Below, in pieces: positions 48,476 through 55,798 of a DNA stretch of 64,000 nt (within the stretch, counting starts at the first letter, position 1; every line of letters starts with the position of its first letter). The DNA lies in NCBI GenBank assembly GCA_018652045.1, contig JABICX010000010.1, forward strand, positions 68,451 through 132,450, given 5' to 3'. The stretch comes from Candidatus Woesearchaeota archaeon (lineage in GTDB: Archaea > Nanobdellota > Nanobdellia > UBA10117 > JABICX01). Both the position numbers and the translations under genes were made by a program. A model generated the notes under the pieces. That model saw only the letters and a program-made list of their open reading frames with translations. It made no database searches and was not told where the DNA came from.

Positions 48476-48548
48476 GCCTGGGTGGCTTAGTTGGTAGAGC
48501 GTGCGGCTGTTAACCGCGAGGTCACAGGTTCGAGTCCTGTCCCAGGCG
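48476..48548 (+). tRNA. tRNA-Asn(GTT)
   Basis: GCCTGGG/CCCAGGC acceptor, G73. Anticodon arm TGCGG-CTGTTAA-CCGCG. T arm ACAGG-TTCGAGT-CCTGT. 73 nt, no intron. Confidence 0.9.
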
Positions 48549-48575
48549 CTAATGCTTTTTAGCTTTCTCAAAAGT

Positions 48576-48585
48576 CTTTTAAATA
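48576..48585 (+). promoter_or_regulatory. TATA-like box upstream of tRNA-Ile
   Basis: CTTTTAAATA, 22-31 nt upstream of 48607. Confidence 0.5.
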
Positions 48586-48606
48586 CTCAGAAGGCTGTTT
48601 TACCAA

Positions 48607-48717
48607 GGGCGGGTAGCTCAGCCTGGTTAGAGCGCTGGTCTTATAGGGCCGCTTCCATAAGGAAGTTCTCTGGCTTAAGATAGCCAGATGTCGGGAGTTC
48701 AAATCTCCTCCTGCCCA
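48607..48717 (+). tRNA. tRNA-Ile(TAT) with canonical intron
   Basis: Acceptor GGGCGGG/CCTGCCC, A73. D arm GCTC-AGCCTGGTTA-GAGC. Anticodon stem CTGGT/GCCAG, loop CTTATA|A. T arm GGGAG-TTCAAAT-CTCCT. 75 nt after removing 48646-48681. Confidence 0.8.
48646..48681 (+). other. tRNA-Ile intron (36 nt, position 37/38)
   Basis: Textbook hBHBh' fold. Central helix CTTA/TAAG, bulges TAG and ATA, outer helix GGCC/GGCT. Confidence 0.75.
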
Positions 48718-48751
48718 CTTATTTTTACAAAATTTTTCTTACGGAAGAAAG

Positions 48752-48761
48752 TCTTATAAAC
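48752..48761 (+). promoter_or_regulatory. TATA-like box upstream of tRNA-Glu
   Basis: TCTTATAAAC, 24-33 nt upstream of 48785. Confidence 0.5.
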
Positions 48762-48784
48762 CAAAACTAAGGCGGATAACCACT

Positions 48785-48859
48785 GCCCCTATGGTGTAGC
48801 CCGGTCAATCATCTCAGGCTTTCGCCCTGAGGACGGGGGTTCAAATCCCTCTGGGGGCA
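48785..48859 (+). tRNA. tRNA-Glu(TTC)
   Basis: GCCCCTA/TGGGGGC acceptor, A73. GGTGTAGCCCGGTCAATCAT D region typical of archaeal tRNA-Glu. Anticodon loop CTTTCGC. T arm GGGGG-TTCAAAT-CCCTC. Confidence 0.88.
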
Positions 48860-48892
48860 CTACACTTTTATAGTTCTGACTTGTTCTATTGT

Positions 48893-50149
48893 ATGCTTGA
48901 GAATATACCGACTCTCTACATTCAATTAGCAATACTTACAGTTTTACTTGGTTTGTCTGGATTCTTTTCTTCATACGAGACGGCCATAACTTCACTTAGT
49001 CGTATACAGATCCGTCAGCTTGTTAAGCAGAACAAGAAGAATGCAAATATTGTTCAGAAATTACGTGATAATCTTAATGATACAATTATCACGATTTTAA
49101 TTGGTAATAATCTTGTTAATATCGCAGCATCCGCACTTGCTACAATCGTAGCGACAGACGTTTTCGGATCCTCGGGAGTGGGTATGGCTGTTGGTATATT
49201 GACTTTTCTAGTCTTGATCTTTGGCGAGATTACACCAAAAGCATATGCAACGCAGAATGCTGCAAAGCAAGCGTGTAGATTCGCAAAAATGTTTATGTTC
49301 TTATCGTCAATGTTGAGACCACTGATTTGGATTCTTAGTAAAGTTTCAAACGCGATGATTCGTATGATTGGAGGTACGGTTGGTGACGAACCGTTAGTCA
49401 CAAAAGAGGCGATAACTTCTATCGCAGACATTGGTGCAGAAGAAGGAGTTCTTGCGGAGAGTGAGAAAGAGATAATACACAATGTTGTTCAGTTCAATAG
49501 CACAATTACTAAAAATATCATGACCCCACGCATAAAAGTTCTTATGGTTGAAGTTAAGGAAAGTCTTGCACAAATTAAGAAACTTGTAGAAAAATCAACT
49601 TATTCTAGAATTCCAATATATGACGGAGACAAAGATCATATAATCGGTATACTTCATGTTACTAAATTCTTAAAAGAATATAAGCCAACACTCAAGATAA
49701 AATCAATTCTTAGTCCTGCCTATTTTGTAACCTCTGAACAACCGATTGATAAGTTGTTGAAACAGATTCAAAACAATCGTGCTCCAATGGCGATGGTCTT
49801 AGATACAAATGGCGGCTTTGCAGGAGTTGTTACTTTGGAAGATATTATGGAAGAGTTGATTGGTGATTTTTATGATGAAACAGATATTAATGAACATCTT
49901 CTAAAACATATAGATAAGAAAACAATTGATGCTAATGCGGATATGAGTATGAAAAATGTTGATGCTGCACTGAAGATTAGTCTGCCACAAGAAAAGAAAT
50001 CCACTTTTGGAAGTCTGAATGAGTTTGTTCTGAATAAGTTAGGACATATTCCGACGGTAGGGGAAGAAGTAGATCTGAAAGACGTTGTGATTACTGTGAA
50101 AAAAGCTAGTAAACATAAGATCGAAGCTGTCCGAATACACAAGAAGTAA
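48893..50149 (+). CDS. CNNM/CorC-HlyC family transporter (DUF21 TM domain + CBS pair + CorC_HlyC domain)
   Basis: N-terminal 4-TM DUF21 (SSYETAITSLS...GEITPKAYA), tandem CBS region, C-terminal transporter-associated domain. The ATG at 48893 is preferred over the TTG at 48881. Confidence 0.85.
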   Translation: MLENIPTLYIQLAILTVLLGLSGFFSSYETAITSLSRIQIRQLVKQNKKNANIVQKLRDNLNDTIITILIGNNLVNIAASALATIVATDVFGSSGVGMAVGILTFLVLIFGEITPKAYATQNAAKQACRFAKMFMFLSSMLRPLIWILSKVSNAMIRMIGGTVGDEPLVTKEAITSIADIGAEEGVLAESEKEIIHNVVQFNSTITKNIMTPRIKVLMVEVKESLAQIKKLVEKSTYSRIPIYDGDKDHIIGILHVTKFLKEYKPTLKIKSILSPAYFVTSEQPIDKLLKQIQNNRAPMAMVLDTNGGFAGVVTLEDIMEELIGDFYDETDINEHLLKHIDKKTIDANADMSMKNVDAALKISLPQEKKSTFGSLNEFVLNKLGHIPTVGEEVDLKDVVITVKKASKHKIEAVRIHKK

Positions 50150-50317
50150 TCGTAAAGTTTATAAATGTAAAAAATAAGATGTTATTATGAAACACCTATG
50201 CGCACAAACATTAGTAGAACTCCGGCGTAGATGATATTATTTTTCTAAAGCGATTTGCAAATTTCGTAATACTTTTTGACATAGTTATAAATTTTGGGCC
50301 AGTAGCCTAGTCTGGAT

Positions 50318-50359
50318 ATTGATAATCGAAGATAATCAATCTCTGTTTATCAACCAGAT
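50318..50359 (+). other. tRNA-Arg intron 1 (42 nt, D-loop)
   Basis: BHB with central helix CTGG/CCAG, bulges ATA/ATA and intron helix TTGATAA/TTATCAA. The D-stem GCCT/GGGC is restored after removal. Confidence 0.7.
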
Positions 50360-50368
50360 AGGGCACAG

Positions 50369-50439
50369 ACAGGATGGTGATAGCCACTTGGTGTTTGCCT
50401 TCGGTGCACGCCTTCTAGGTGCAAGCCTCCTAAGTGTAA
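50369..50439 (+). other. tRNA-Arg intron 2 (71 nt, within the anticodon stem, position 29/30)
   Basis: BHB-like with central helix GCAC/GTGT, bulges AGA and AAG, and intron helix AGGA/TCCT (offset by 1-2 nt). Removing it creates the 5' strand CAG+GC of the anticodon stem. Confidence 0.6.
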
Positions 50440-50447
50440 GCTTGCGG

Positions 50448-50463
50448 AGCTTTTAGCGCAGAC
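50448..50463 (+). other. tRNA-Arg intron 3 (16 nt, canonical 37/38)
   Basis: Compact perfect BHB: TTGC/GCAG central helix, bulges GGA and ACA, GCT-TTT-AGC hairpin. Confidence 0.65.
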
Positions 50464-50541
50464 AGCCTGGGATCGGGGGTTCGAATCCCCTCTGGCCCGC
50501 TCAAATGCTAAGAATTAAATATTAGCGAGGTAAAAAATAAT

Positions 50542-52368
50542 ATGAACTTGAAAGTAAATGCGGTAAAAGAATTGCATAAAGTAACGGGTTTGTCTATTCA
50601 GCAGATCGACAAACTACTTGAAACGCCGCCTGACAGCAAGATGGGAGACTTGGCGTTCCCATGTTTTTCACTAGCAAAAAACTTTGGAAAATCGCCAATA
50701 GAGGTTGCTAGACTTGTGAGAGATAGACTTGTAGTTCCAAAAGGTTTCAAGAAAGTAGAGTTTACAGGTCCATACCTAAACTTCTTTTACGAAGCAACAA
50801 ATTTAGCAGAGCAAGTTCTGAAAGAGTCTCTTAAGAAGGATTTTGCTAAGTCAAAAAAGTATGCTGGCGAAAAGATAATCATAGATATGATTGCAACTAA
50901 TCCAAATAAGCCAGCACATATTGGACATGCTAGAAACAGTTGTTTGGCAGACTCTTTATCAAAATGTATGTTGAATATAGGATATAATGTTGTTAGACAG
51001 ACATATGGTAATGATCTTGGAATACCGACTACTGCAGTTTTTTGGGCAACTAAGAATCTTAAGAATCTTCCAAAAAAGACCATGCGAGAAGACTTTTGGC
51101 AGGGTGAGATCTACGCAAAAATGCAAGAGTTAATGGAAAAAGACCCCAAAATAAAAGCTAAAGTTAGTGACTTACTTTCAAATTTGGAAAAAGACAGACA
51201 TTCTAAACTAGCTAAAGCACAGAGAGCATTCGCTGGAAAATGTACGCTTGCACAGGACAAAACGTGGAATAGATTAAATGTAGATTATGATTTAGTTCTT
51301 AATGAAAGTGACATTGTTACTTCAGGTATGGTGGAAGAGGCAGTTAAACTGCTGCAGACAAAAGGGTATTTGGTTGAAGGCCATGGTATTAATGCAGGAT
51401 GTTTGGTTTTTCCTTTGAGTGAGTTCAAGGAATTTAGTGGTATGAAAAATCCTGACAAAATACTGTTTAGACCAAATGGCGCTGCGACATATACTGGTAA
51501 GGATATTGCTTTAACTTTATGGAAAGCAGGCAAGCTAAAAGCTGATTTTAAGTACAAAGAACTAAGAAAAGGATTGTACGAAACGTCTATAGATGGCAAG
51601 GTGATTAAGAATAAGTTTAGTAAGGCTAATAAGATGATGTGGGTGGTTGCATCAGAACAAGATTATGTTATTCTTGTAGATAGATATGCGCTTAAAGTAA
51701 TTTGCGGAGAGCAAGCTTTCGCAGACTCACACCATTTTTCATATGCGATGATTGGTTTTGGTGGAGACGCAAAAATATCTAGCAGATCAGGGGCTAATGA
51801 TTTGGCAGCAGATGTTATTATTGACAAAGCAAAAGTTTTGATTAAGAAAGAGATCGTAAAAAGAAATCCAAAACTGCCGATAACAAAGGTTAAGCTCTTA
51901 TCCGAATCTATTGCATCTGGTGCAATTAGATATTATTTGATTAAAGTCGCACCAAATAAAGGTATTGATTTTAGTTTCAAAGACGCACTTTCATTTGAAG
52001 GGAATACTGGACCTTATTTACAGTACGCATTAGTGAGGGCGAGTAAAATTCTAAAGAAGTCAAAGCAGAAGGTTTCAGTAAGCATTGATTTTAGTCTGTT
52101 GGCATCTAATGAAGAGCAAGCTTTGATAAAGCATATATCTAAGTTTCCAAAAATTGTTGAAAGTGCAGCAGAAAATTATGCACCACATTTAGTTGCTAAC
52201 TTTGCGTATGAGTTGGCGCAGAAGTTTAGTACTTTTTACTCAAAACATAGAGTTATTGGCGTACCGTTAAAGGAAGAAAAAGCAAGATTGTTACTAGTAA
52301 CATCTTTTTATGAGACTCTAAAGAAAAGTTTAAATCTACTTGGAATAAAAGAAGTTGAAGTAATGTAA
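50542..52368 (+). CDS. argS: arginyl-tRNA synthetase
   Basis: N-terminal Arg-tRNA-binding domain. HIGH motif PNKPAHIGHARN. C-terminal DALR-type anticodon-binding region. 608 aa. Confidence 0.9.
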   Translation: MNLKVNAVKELHKVTGLSIQQIDKLLETPPDSKMGDLAFPCFSLAKNFGKSPIEVARLVRDRLVVPKGFKKVEFTGPYLNFFYEATNLAEQVLKESLKKDFAKSKKYAGEKIIIDMIATNPNKPAHIGHARNSCLADSLSKCMLNIGYNVVRQTYGNDLGIPTTAVFWATKNLKNLPKKTMREDFWQGEIYAKMQELMEKDPKIKAKVSDLLSNLEKDRHSKLAKAQRAFAGKCTLAQDKTWNRLNVDYDLVLNESDIVTSGMVEEAVKLLQTKGYLVEGHGINAGCLVFPLSEFKEFSGMKNPDKILFRPNGAATYTGKDIALTLWKAGKLKADFKYKELRKGLYETSIDGKVIKNKFSKANKMMWVVASEQDYVILVDRYALKVICGEQAFADSHHFSYAMIGFGGDAKISSRSGANDLAADVIIDKAKVLIKKEIVKRNPKLPITKVKLLSESIASGAIRYYLIKVAPNKGIDFSFKDALSFEGNTGPYLQYALVRASKILKKSKQKVSVSIDFSLLASNEEQALIKHISKFPKIVESAAENYAPHLVANFAYELAQKFSTFYSKHRVIGVPLKEEKARLLLVTSFYETLKKSLNLLGIKEVEVM

Positions 52369-53015
52369 TGAAATTAACAAAATATGATTGGGCTTCGATA
52401 TTAGTTATAGTACTTTTGTTCGCAGTTAGTTTTTACATGTATCCTGGCCTTCCAGACGAGATACCGACACACTGGGACGCTTCTGGTGAGATAGATGGAT
52501 GGGGTGCACCGTATATGATATTCTTACTCCCAATTATCTCATTCTTAATATATGGTCTGTTTTTGATCTTGCCAAGGATAGCGGTTTTTAAGAAAAATGT
52601 CCGCGAATTTAAACACTTAGGGAGCATGAAGTTCATGATGATACTTGTGTTTGCGTTTCTATTCTTAGCAACTATACTCGCAATTACGAATTATTACAAT
52701 CGCATGGTGTTAATGGTATTACCGATTATTGGACTCATGTTCTTCTATTTTGGATATATCATGCCGGAGATAAAACGTAACTTTCTGATAGGTATTAGAA
52801 CGCCGTGGACTCTAGCAGACGACTTTGTATGGAAACAGACACACGCACTTGGTGGAAAGCTTTTCATGGCTTTAGGTGTATTGTTTGTCCTGCTAATGTT
52901 CGTTGACCCGAAATATTTGATTTACATAATTATTGTAAAAGTTATTGGAGTGATTATAATCTTATTTACCTATTCATACTGGGTTTGGCATAAGCACGGG
53001 AAGAAAAATTTATAG
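52368..53015 (+). CDS. DUF1648 / SdpI-family membrane protein
   Basis: LPDEIPTHWDASGEIDGWG signature after the first TM. Contains the IGIRTPWTL motif. 1-nt overlap with the argS stop. Confidence 0.6.
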   Translation: MKLTKYDWASILVIVLLFAVSFYMYPGLPDEIPTHWDASGEIDGWGAPYMIFLLPIISFLIYGLFLILPRIAVFKKNVREFKHLGSMKFMMILVFAFLFLATILAITNYYNRMVLMVLPIIGLMFFYFGYIMPEIKRNFLIGIRTPWTLADDFVWKQTHALGGKLFMALGVLFVLLMFVDPKYLIYIIIVKVIGVIIILFTYSYWVWHKHGKKNL

Positions 53016-53053
53016 CTTACCAGAGATTTGCGGATAAGGTTTACGAGCATAAA

Positions 53054-53063
53054 CCTTATAAAC
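53054..53063 (+). promoter_or_regulatory. TATA-like box upstream of the small basic ORF
   Basis: CCTTATAAAC, 22-31 nt upstream of ATG 53085. Confidence 0.45.
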
Positions 53064-53084
53064 CAACTAACTTAGTTCTACATT

Positions 53085-53204
53085 ATGAAGCGTTCAAGTC
53101 GAAAGTGGAAAAAGAAGAATAAGTCCGGGTATCGAGGACGATGGAAGTGGTACCGGAAGAAATTGAATGAGAAGAAGCGACTTAGACGTAGAAAGCGATC
53201 TTAG
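53085..53204 (+). CDS. 39-aa extremely basic peptide (possible eL41-like ribosomal protein; speculative)
   Basis: Below the ORF-track size cut-off. My own translation is MKRSSRKWKKKNKSGYRGRWKWYRKKLNEKKRLRRRKRS (22/39 Lys+Arg). It has its own TATA-like box at the usual spacing. Confidence 0.4.
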   Translation: MKRSSRKWKKKNKSGYRGRWKWYRKKLNEKKRLRRRKRS

Positions 53205-53295
53205 TTATTCTTGAGATTAGTAACCTTTTTAATTAGACTTAGAAGTTATTCTATTATGCAGGGGTGCCGGAGTGGTCAAACGGGCTGGGCTTAGG

Positions 53296-53369
53296 TAGCT
53301 TCGTTTTTCTTAGGAAAAGCGACGTAAGTGCGAAAGCCATACGAAAAAAGGCTTTTAATCGCCCAGGAA
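53296..53369 (+). other. tRNA-Leu intron 1 (about 74 nt, position 37/38)
   Basis: Needed to bring A+CCCAG (53370-53375) next to the anticodon loop. Only a relaxed BHB is visible (CTT/AGG, 3 bp). There are two strong internal hairpins (53302-53321 and 53333-53355). A second CCCAG at 53362 makes the 3' boundary ambiguous. Confidence 0.5.
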
Positions 53370-53383
53370 ACCCAGTGGCTTAG

Positions 53384-53413
53384 ATGGTACGGCTATAGTG
53401 CATGCCAGAGCAA
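53384..53413 (+). other. tRNA-Leu intron 2 (30 nt, in the variable-arm loop)
   Basis: BHB with central helix GCTT/GAGC, bulges AGA and AAT, and intron helix TGGTA/TGCCA. Confidence 0.55.
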
Positions 53414-53493
53414 TGCCTACGGGGGTTCGAATCCTCTCCCCTGCACTATATTCTCTACAATATACTTTTATACGAGCCATGATGATTATCTAA

Positions 53494-54666
53494 ATGGATC
53501 CTAATCTTATTGTTACGCTGATTGGAGCTGTGATTCTATTGGGAGTTTTTCTCGCAAATATCTCTAAGAAAACTGGATGGCCACTATCACTCATTTTGTT
53601 GATTGTGGGTCTAGTTATCGGACCGATTACGGGGTGGCTAGATGCAGCTGCATTTAGTAGCGCAATACAATCTTTTGCAATCATTGCGTTGGTTATAATT
53701 TTATTTGACGTTGGTTATGATCTTAAGATATCTAAGATTAAGAAAGAGCTTTTTGAGTCTACAAGACTCGCTTTTGTTGGAGTGTTTTCGACGATGGTCG
53801 TTGTCTTCTTGATATCTAAGTATCTTTTAGGTTTAGATACATATCTTGCTTTATTGTTTGGTGCGCTGCTTGCATCAACAGACCTTACGGTTATCGCACC
53901 ACTGGTTCAGAATCTAAAGTTAAAGCAGAGAACTAAGGAGGCAATGTCTATGGAAGCAACTCTGAATTCAGTATTTGCAGCAGTTATCGCTATTGTTGTT
54001 GGAGTTATGATTCAATACAAGTCAAACTTTGCAGAAGCGATAAGTCGGGGTTTAATATATCATATTGTTACAGGGGTCGCGATCGGTTTAATCTTGGGAT
54101 GGATCTTACTTAAGAGCGTACGTAAATTGAAGTTTGATCAGATGCCTGCACTTATAACAGTAGGTGCAGTTCTTGTTGTCTATGCAGCAACAGAGATGAT
54201 CGGAGCAAGCGGTATTATTGCTGCTTTGATCGTTGGTTTACTCTATGGAAACACTAAGCCAGCACCACCAAAGTTCGTAATGCTGTTTGGAGAGAACCTT
54301 CAAATGATCTTAATTACGTTTGTCTATATCATGTTGGGCGCTTTGATTACATTTGACGCGTTTGTTGATTATAGCCTAATAGCATTTATTTTAGTTGCGT
54401 CAGTTATCTTAACGAGATACTTCGCTATGAAGTTAGTAACGCAGAATGATTCTTTGTTAGCACAGCGAGTTATTGGAATCGCAGGACCTCGTGGTATTAT
54501 ATCCGCAATCTTGGTTTTGAGTTACGCACATCTATTTCCAGATCCAAATTTGATTATTAGCATGGGTTTCGCAGTAATTCTAGGTACATCTTTGGCTGTA
54601 TTCTTACTACCTGTGATTGAAGAAAAGACTAATCCTCGAATCAAAAAGGCAGGATTGCGCCTTTAG
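53494..54666 (+). CDS. cation:proton antiporter (Na+/H+ exchanger family)
   Basis: 390 aa, about 11 TM segments. The general CPA-type layout includes an ASTD-like LLASTDLTVIAP segment. Confidence 0.75.
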   Translation: MDPNLIVTLIGAVILLGVFLANISKKTGWPLSLILLIVGLVIGPITGWLDAAAFSSAIQSFAIIALVIILFDVGYDLKISKIKKELFESTRLAFVGVFSTMVVVFLISKYLLGLDTYLALLFGALLASTDLTVIAPLVQNLKLKQRTKEAMSMEATLNSVFAAVIAIVVGVMIQYKSNFAEAISRGLIYHIVTGVAIGLILGWILLKSVRKLKFDQMPALITVGAVLVVYAATEMIGASGIIAALIVGLLYGNTKPAPPKFVMLFGENLQMILITFVYIMLGALITFDAFVDYSLIAFILVASVILTRYFAMKLVTQNDSLLAQRVIGIAGPRGIISAILVLSYAHLFPDPNLIISMGFAVILGTSLAVFLLPVIEEKTNPRIKKAGLRL

Positions 54667-54670
54667 GTAA

Positions 54671-54680
54671 GCTTTTAAAC
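54671..54680 (+). promoter_or_regulatory. TATA-like box upstream of the 54704 gene
   Basis: GCTTTTAAAC, 24-33 nt upstream of ATG 54704. Confidence 0.5.
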
Positions 54681-54703
54681 CGTGTTTTTTACTGTAGAGT
54701 AGC

Positions 54704-55264
54704 ATGGCAAAGGGTAAACACGCACTATTTAACACGTTTATAAATAGAACCAGAAACGTTATAGATATCGCTACAGTGCACAAACAACTCGATGAAAGAA
54801 CGCACGTCGCTTTAGCTTTAGCTGAGATTCATAATGATTACTTACAGGGAAAAGCCGGATCTTCAAAAAATATCACTTCTGCAGATATAATGACTGCCGC
54901 ACATAATGGTGCGAGCCAGATCGAAGATGTTTTTGAGACAAAGGCAGGATTCGTTCGTCTAGGAAAGTACGCAAAAGCACTAGATGTACTTAGTTACCTT
55001 ATGTCCGTAGAATATAATCGAGCTTTTTCTATATCTAATTTGGCAGAGTCTTTTGGCAGTTCGTATATTCCAGCACGTAAGCGTCTTAATATTTTAGAAG
55101 ATCAGAGCTTGTTAGAGTTAATACGTGTCGGAAGCGACGTAGTGTATCGTAGATTGCCAATAGCTCCACAGTTTGTAGCACATAATGCACGAACTGGTGA
55201 GGAAAAAGTATATGATGCAGTTGCATTAATCCGTCGGATATTTACTTACGAATTACCTCGCTAA
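54704..55264 (+). CDS. hypothetical protein with probable C-terminal winged-helix DNA-binding domain
   Basis: FSISNLAESFGSSYIPARKRLNILEDQSLLELIRVGSDVVYRR looks like a wHTH. Arg residues outnumber Lys, unlike most genes in the window. Confidence 0.45.
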   Translation: MAKGKHALFNTFINRTRNVIDIATVHKQLDERTHVALALAEIHNDYLQGKAGSSKNITSADIMTAAHNGASQIEDVFETKAGFVRLGKYAKALDVLSYLMSVEYNRAFSISNLAESFGSSYIPARKRLNILEDQSLLELIRVGSDVVYRRLPIAPQFVAHNARTGEEKVYDAVALIRRIFTYELPR

Positions 55265-55403
55265 GCGGGAAACGCGTGGTTTTTAAGTCTTTACTTTAAG
55301 GTAGAGTACGCCGAAATCACTTGCTACTACGCATAAAGTTCTAAATATATTAGCAAGAGTTACGACTGCAAAGCAAAAGCGGCCTGAAATAGAGAAACTT
55401 TTG

Positions 55404-55766
55404 ATGGAAGCTGCTATTGCGAAAGAGATCACGCGAGACGCACTGAGTGATTGCAATGTGGCGCAATGGCCAAGGGTTTTTGCAGAGACACTGGATCGTT
55501 TGATAGCAGACAACTCAAGTAGGTTTGGTGTAATGGATAGTGATTTATCCTATAAAGGGTACTTATTGCAAATGCGTAGCGTATTCTTTGAGGAAGGGAC
55601 AGCACCATTTAGTACTTTGGTTAATTTACGTAAAAAGTATTTAGTAGATCATTATTATCTTCAGCGTCATCGTGAGAGTGCAAGTAATACGAAGTTTACA
55701 CGAGAGTTCCTTTGGACACTTGGCGCAAAGGTCGTAGTTCATATCGATCAGATGAACTTTGGTTAA
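55404..55766 (+). CDS. hypothetical protein
   Basis: About 120 aa, no motif recognised. Second gene of the cassette. Confidence 0.4.
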   Translation: MEAAIAKEITRDALSDCNVAQWPRVFAETLDRLIADNSSRFGVMDSDLSYKGYLLQMRSVFFEEGTAPFSTLVNLRKKYLVDHYYLQRHRESASNTKFTREFLWTLGAKVVVHIDQMNFG

Positions 55767-55798
55767 GCGAAGTGTTTTTAAGTTTTTAGACCTACCTA

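Larger units (their letters stand above)
50296..50499 (+). tRNA. tRNA-Arg(GCG) with three introns
   Basis: 204-nt span with canonical tRNA ends (GGGCCAG...CTGGCCC, G73, T arm GGGGG-TTCGAAT-CCCCT). The four exons 50296-50317, 50360-50368, 50440-50447 and 50464-50499 join to a 75-nt cloverleaf. Its anticodon arm is CAGGC-TTGCGGA-GCCTG. Confidence 0.75.
53258..53445 (+). tRNA. tRNA-Leu(TAG), class II, with two introns (boundaries of the first are approximate)
   Basis: Acceptor GCAGGGG/CCCCTGC, A73, 3-bp D-stem CCG/CGG. Anticodon stem CTGGG/CCCAG, loop CTTAGG|A. Variable arm T-GGC-TTAG|T-GCC-TAC. T arm GGGGG-TTCGAAT-CCTCT. The joined exons give 84 nt. Confidence 0.7.

Noticed and set aside
1397-49482. 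Many antisense or out-of-frame shadow ORFs. Examples: 1397-1708, 3987-4184, 5782-6090, 9391-9681, 10628-10849, 11575-11760, 12303-12779, 13799-14133, 14413-14643, 20961-21464, 22742-23002, 23665-23904, 34442-34819, 35436-35717, 37496-37783, 39028-39362, 47313-47603, 49054-49482.
   Set aside because: Each is fully embedded in a longer ORF with clear family motifs on the other strand or frame. The translations are Ser/Leu/Ile-rich without motifs, typical of low-GC antisense frames.
50369-50439. Possibility that the 71-nt tRNA-Arg intron 2 encodes a box C/D sRNA, as the tRNA-Trp introns of some Euryarchaeota do.
   Set aside because: Only a degenerate C-box-like ATGGTGA is present, and there is no CTGA D box anywhere in the intron.
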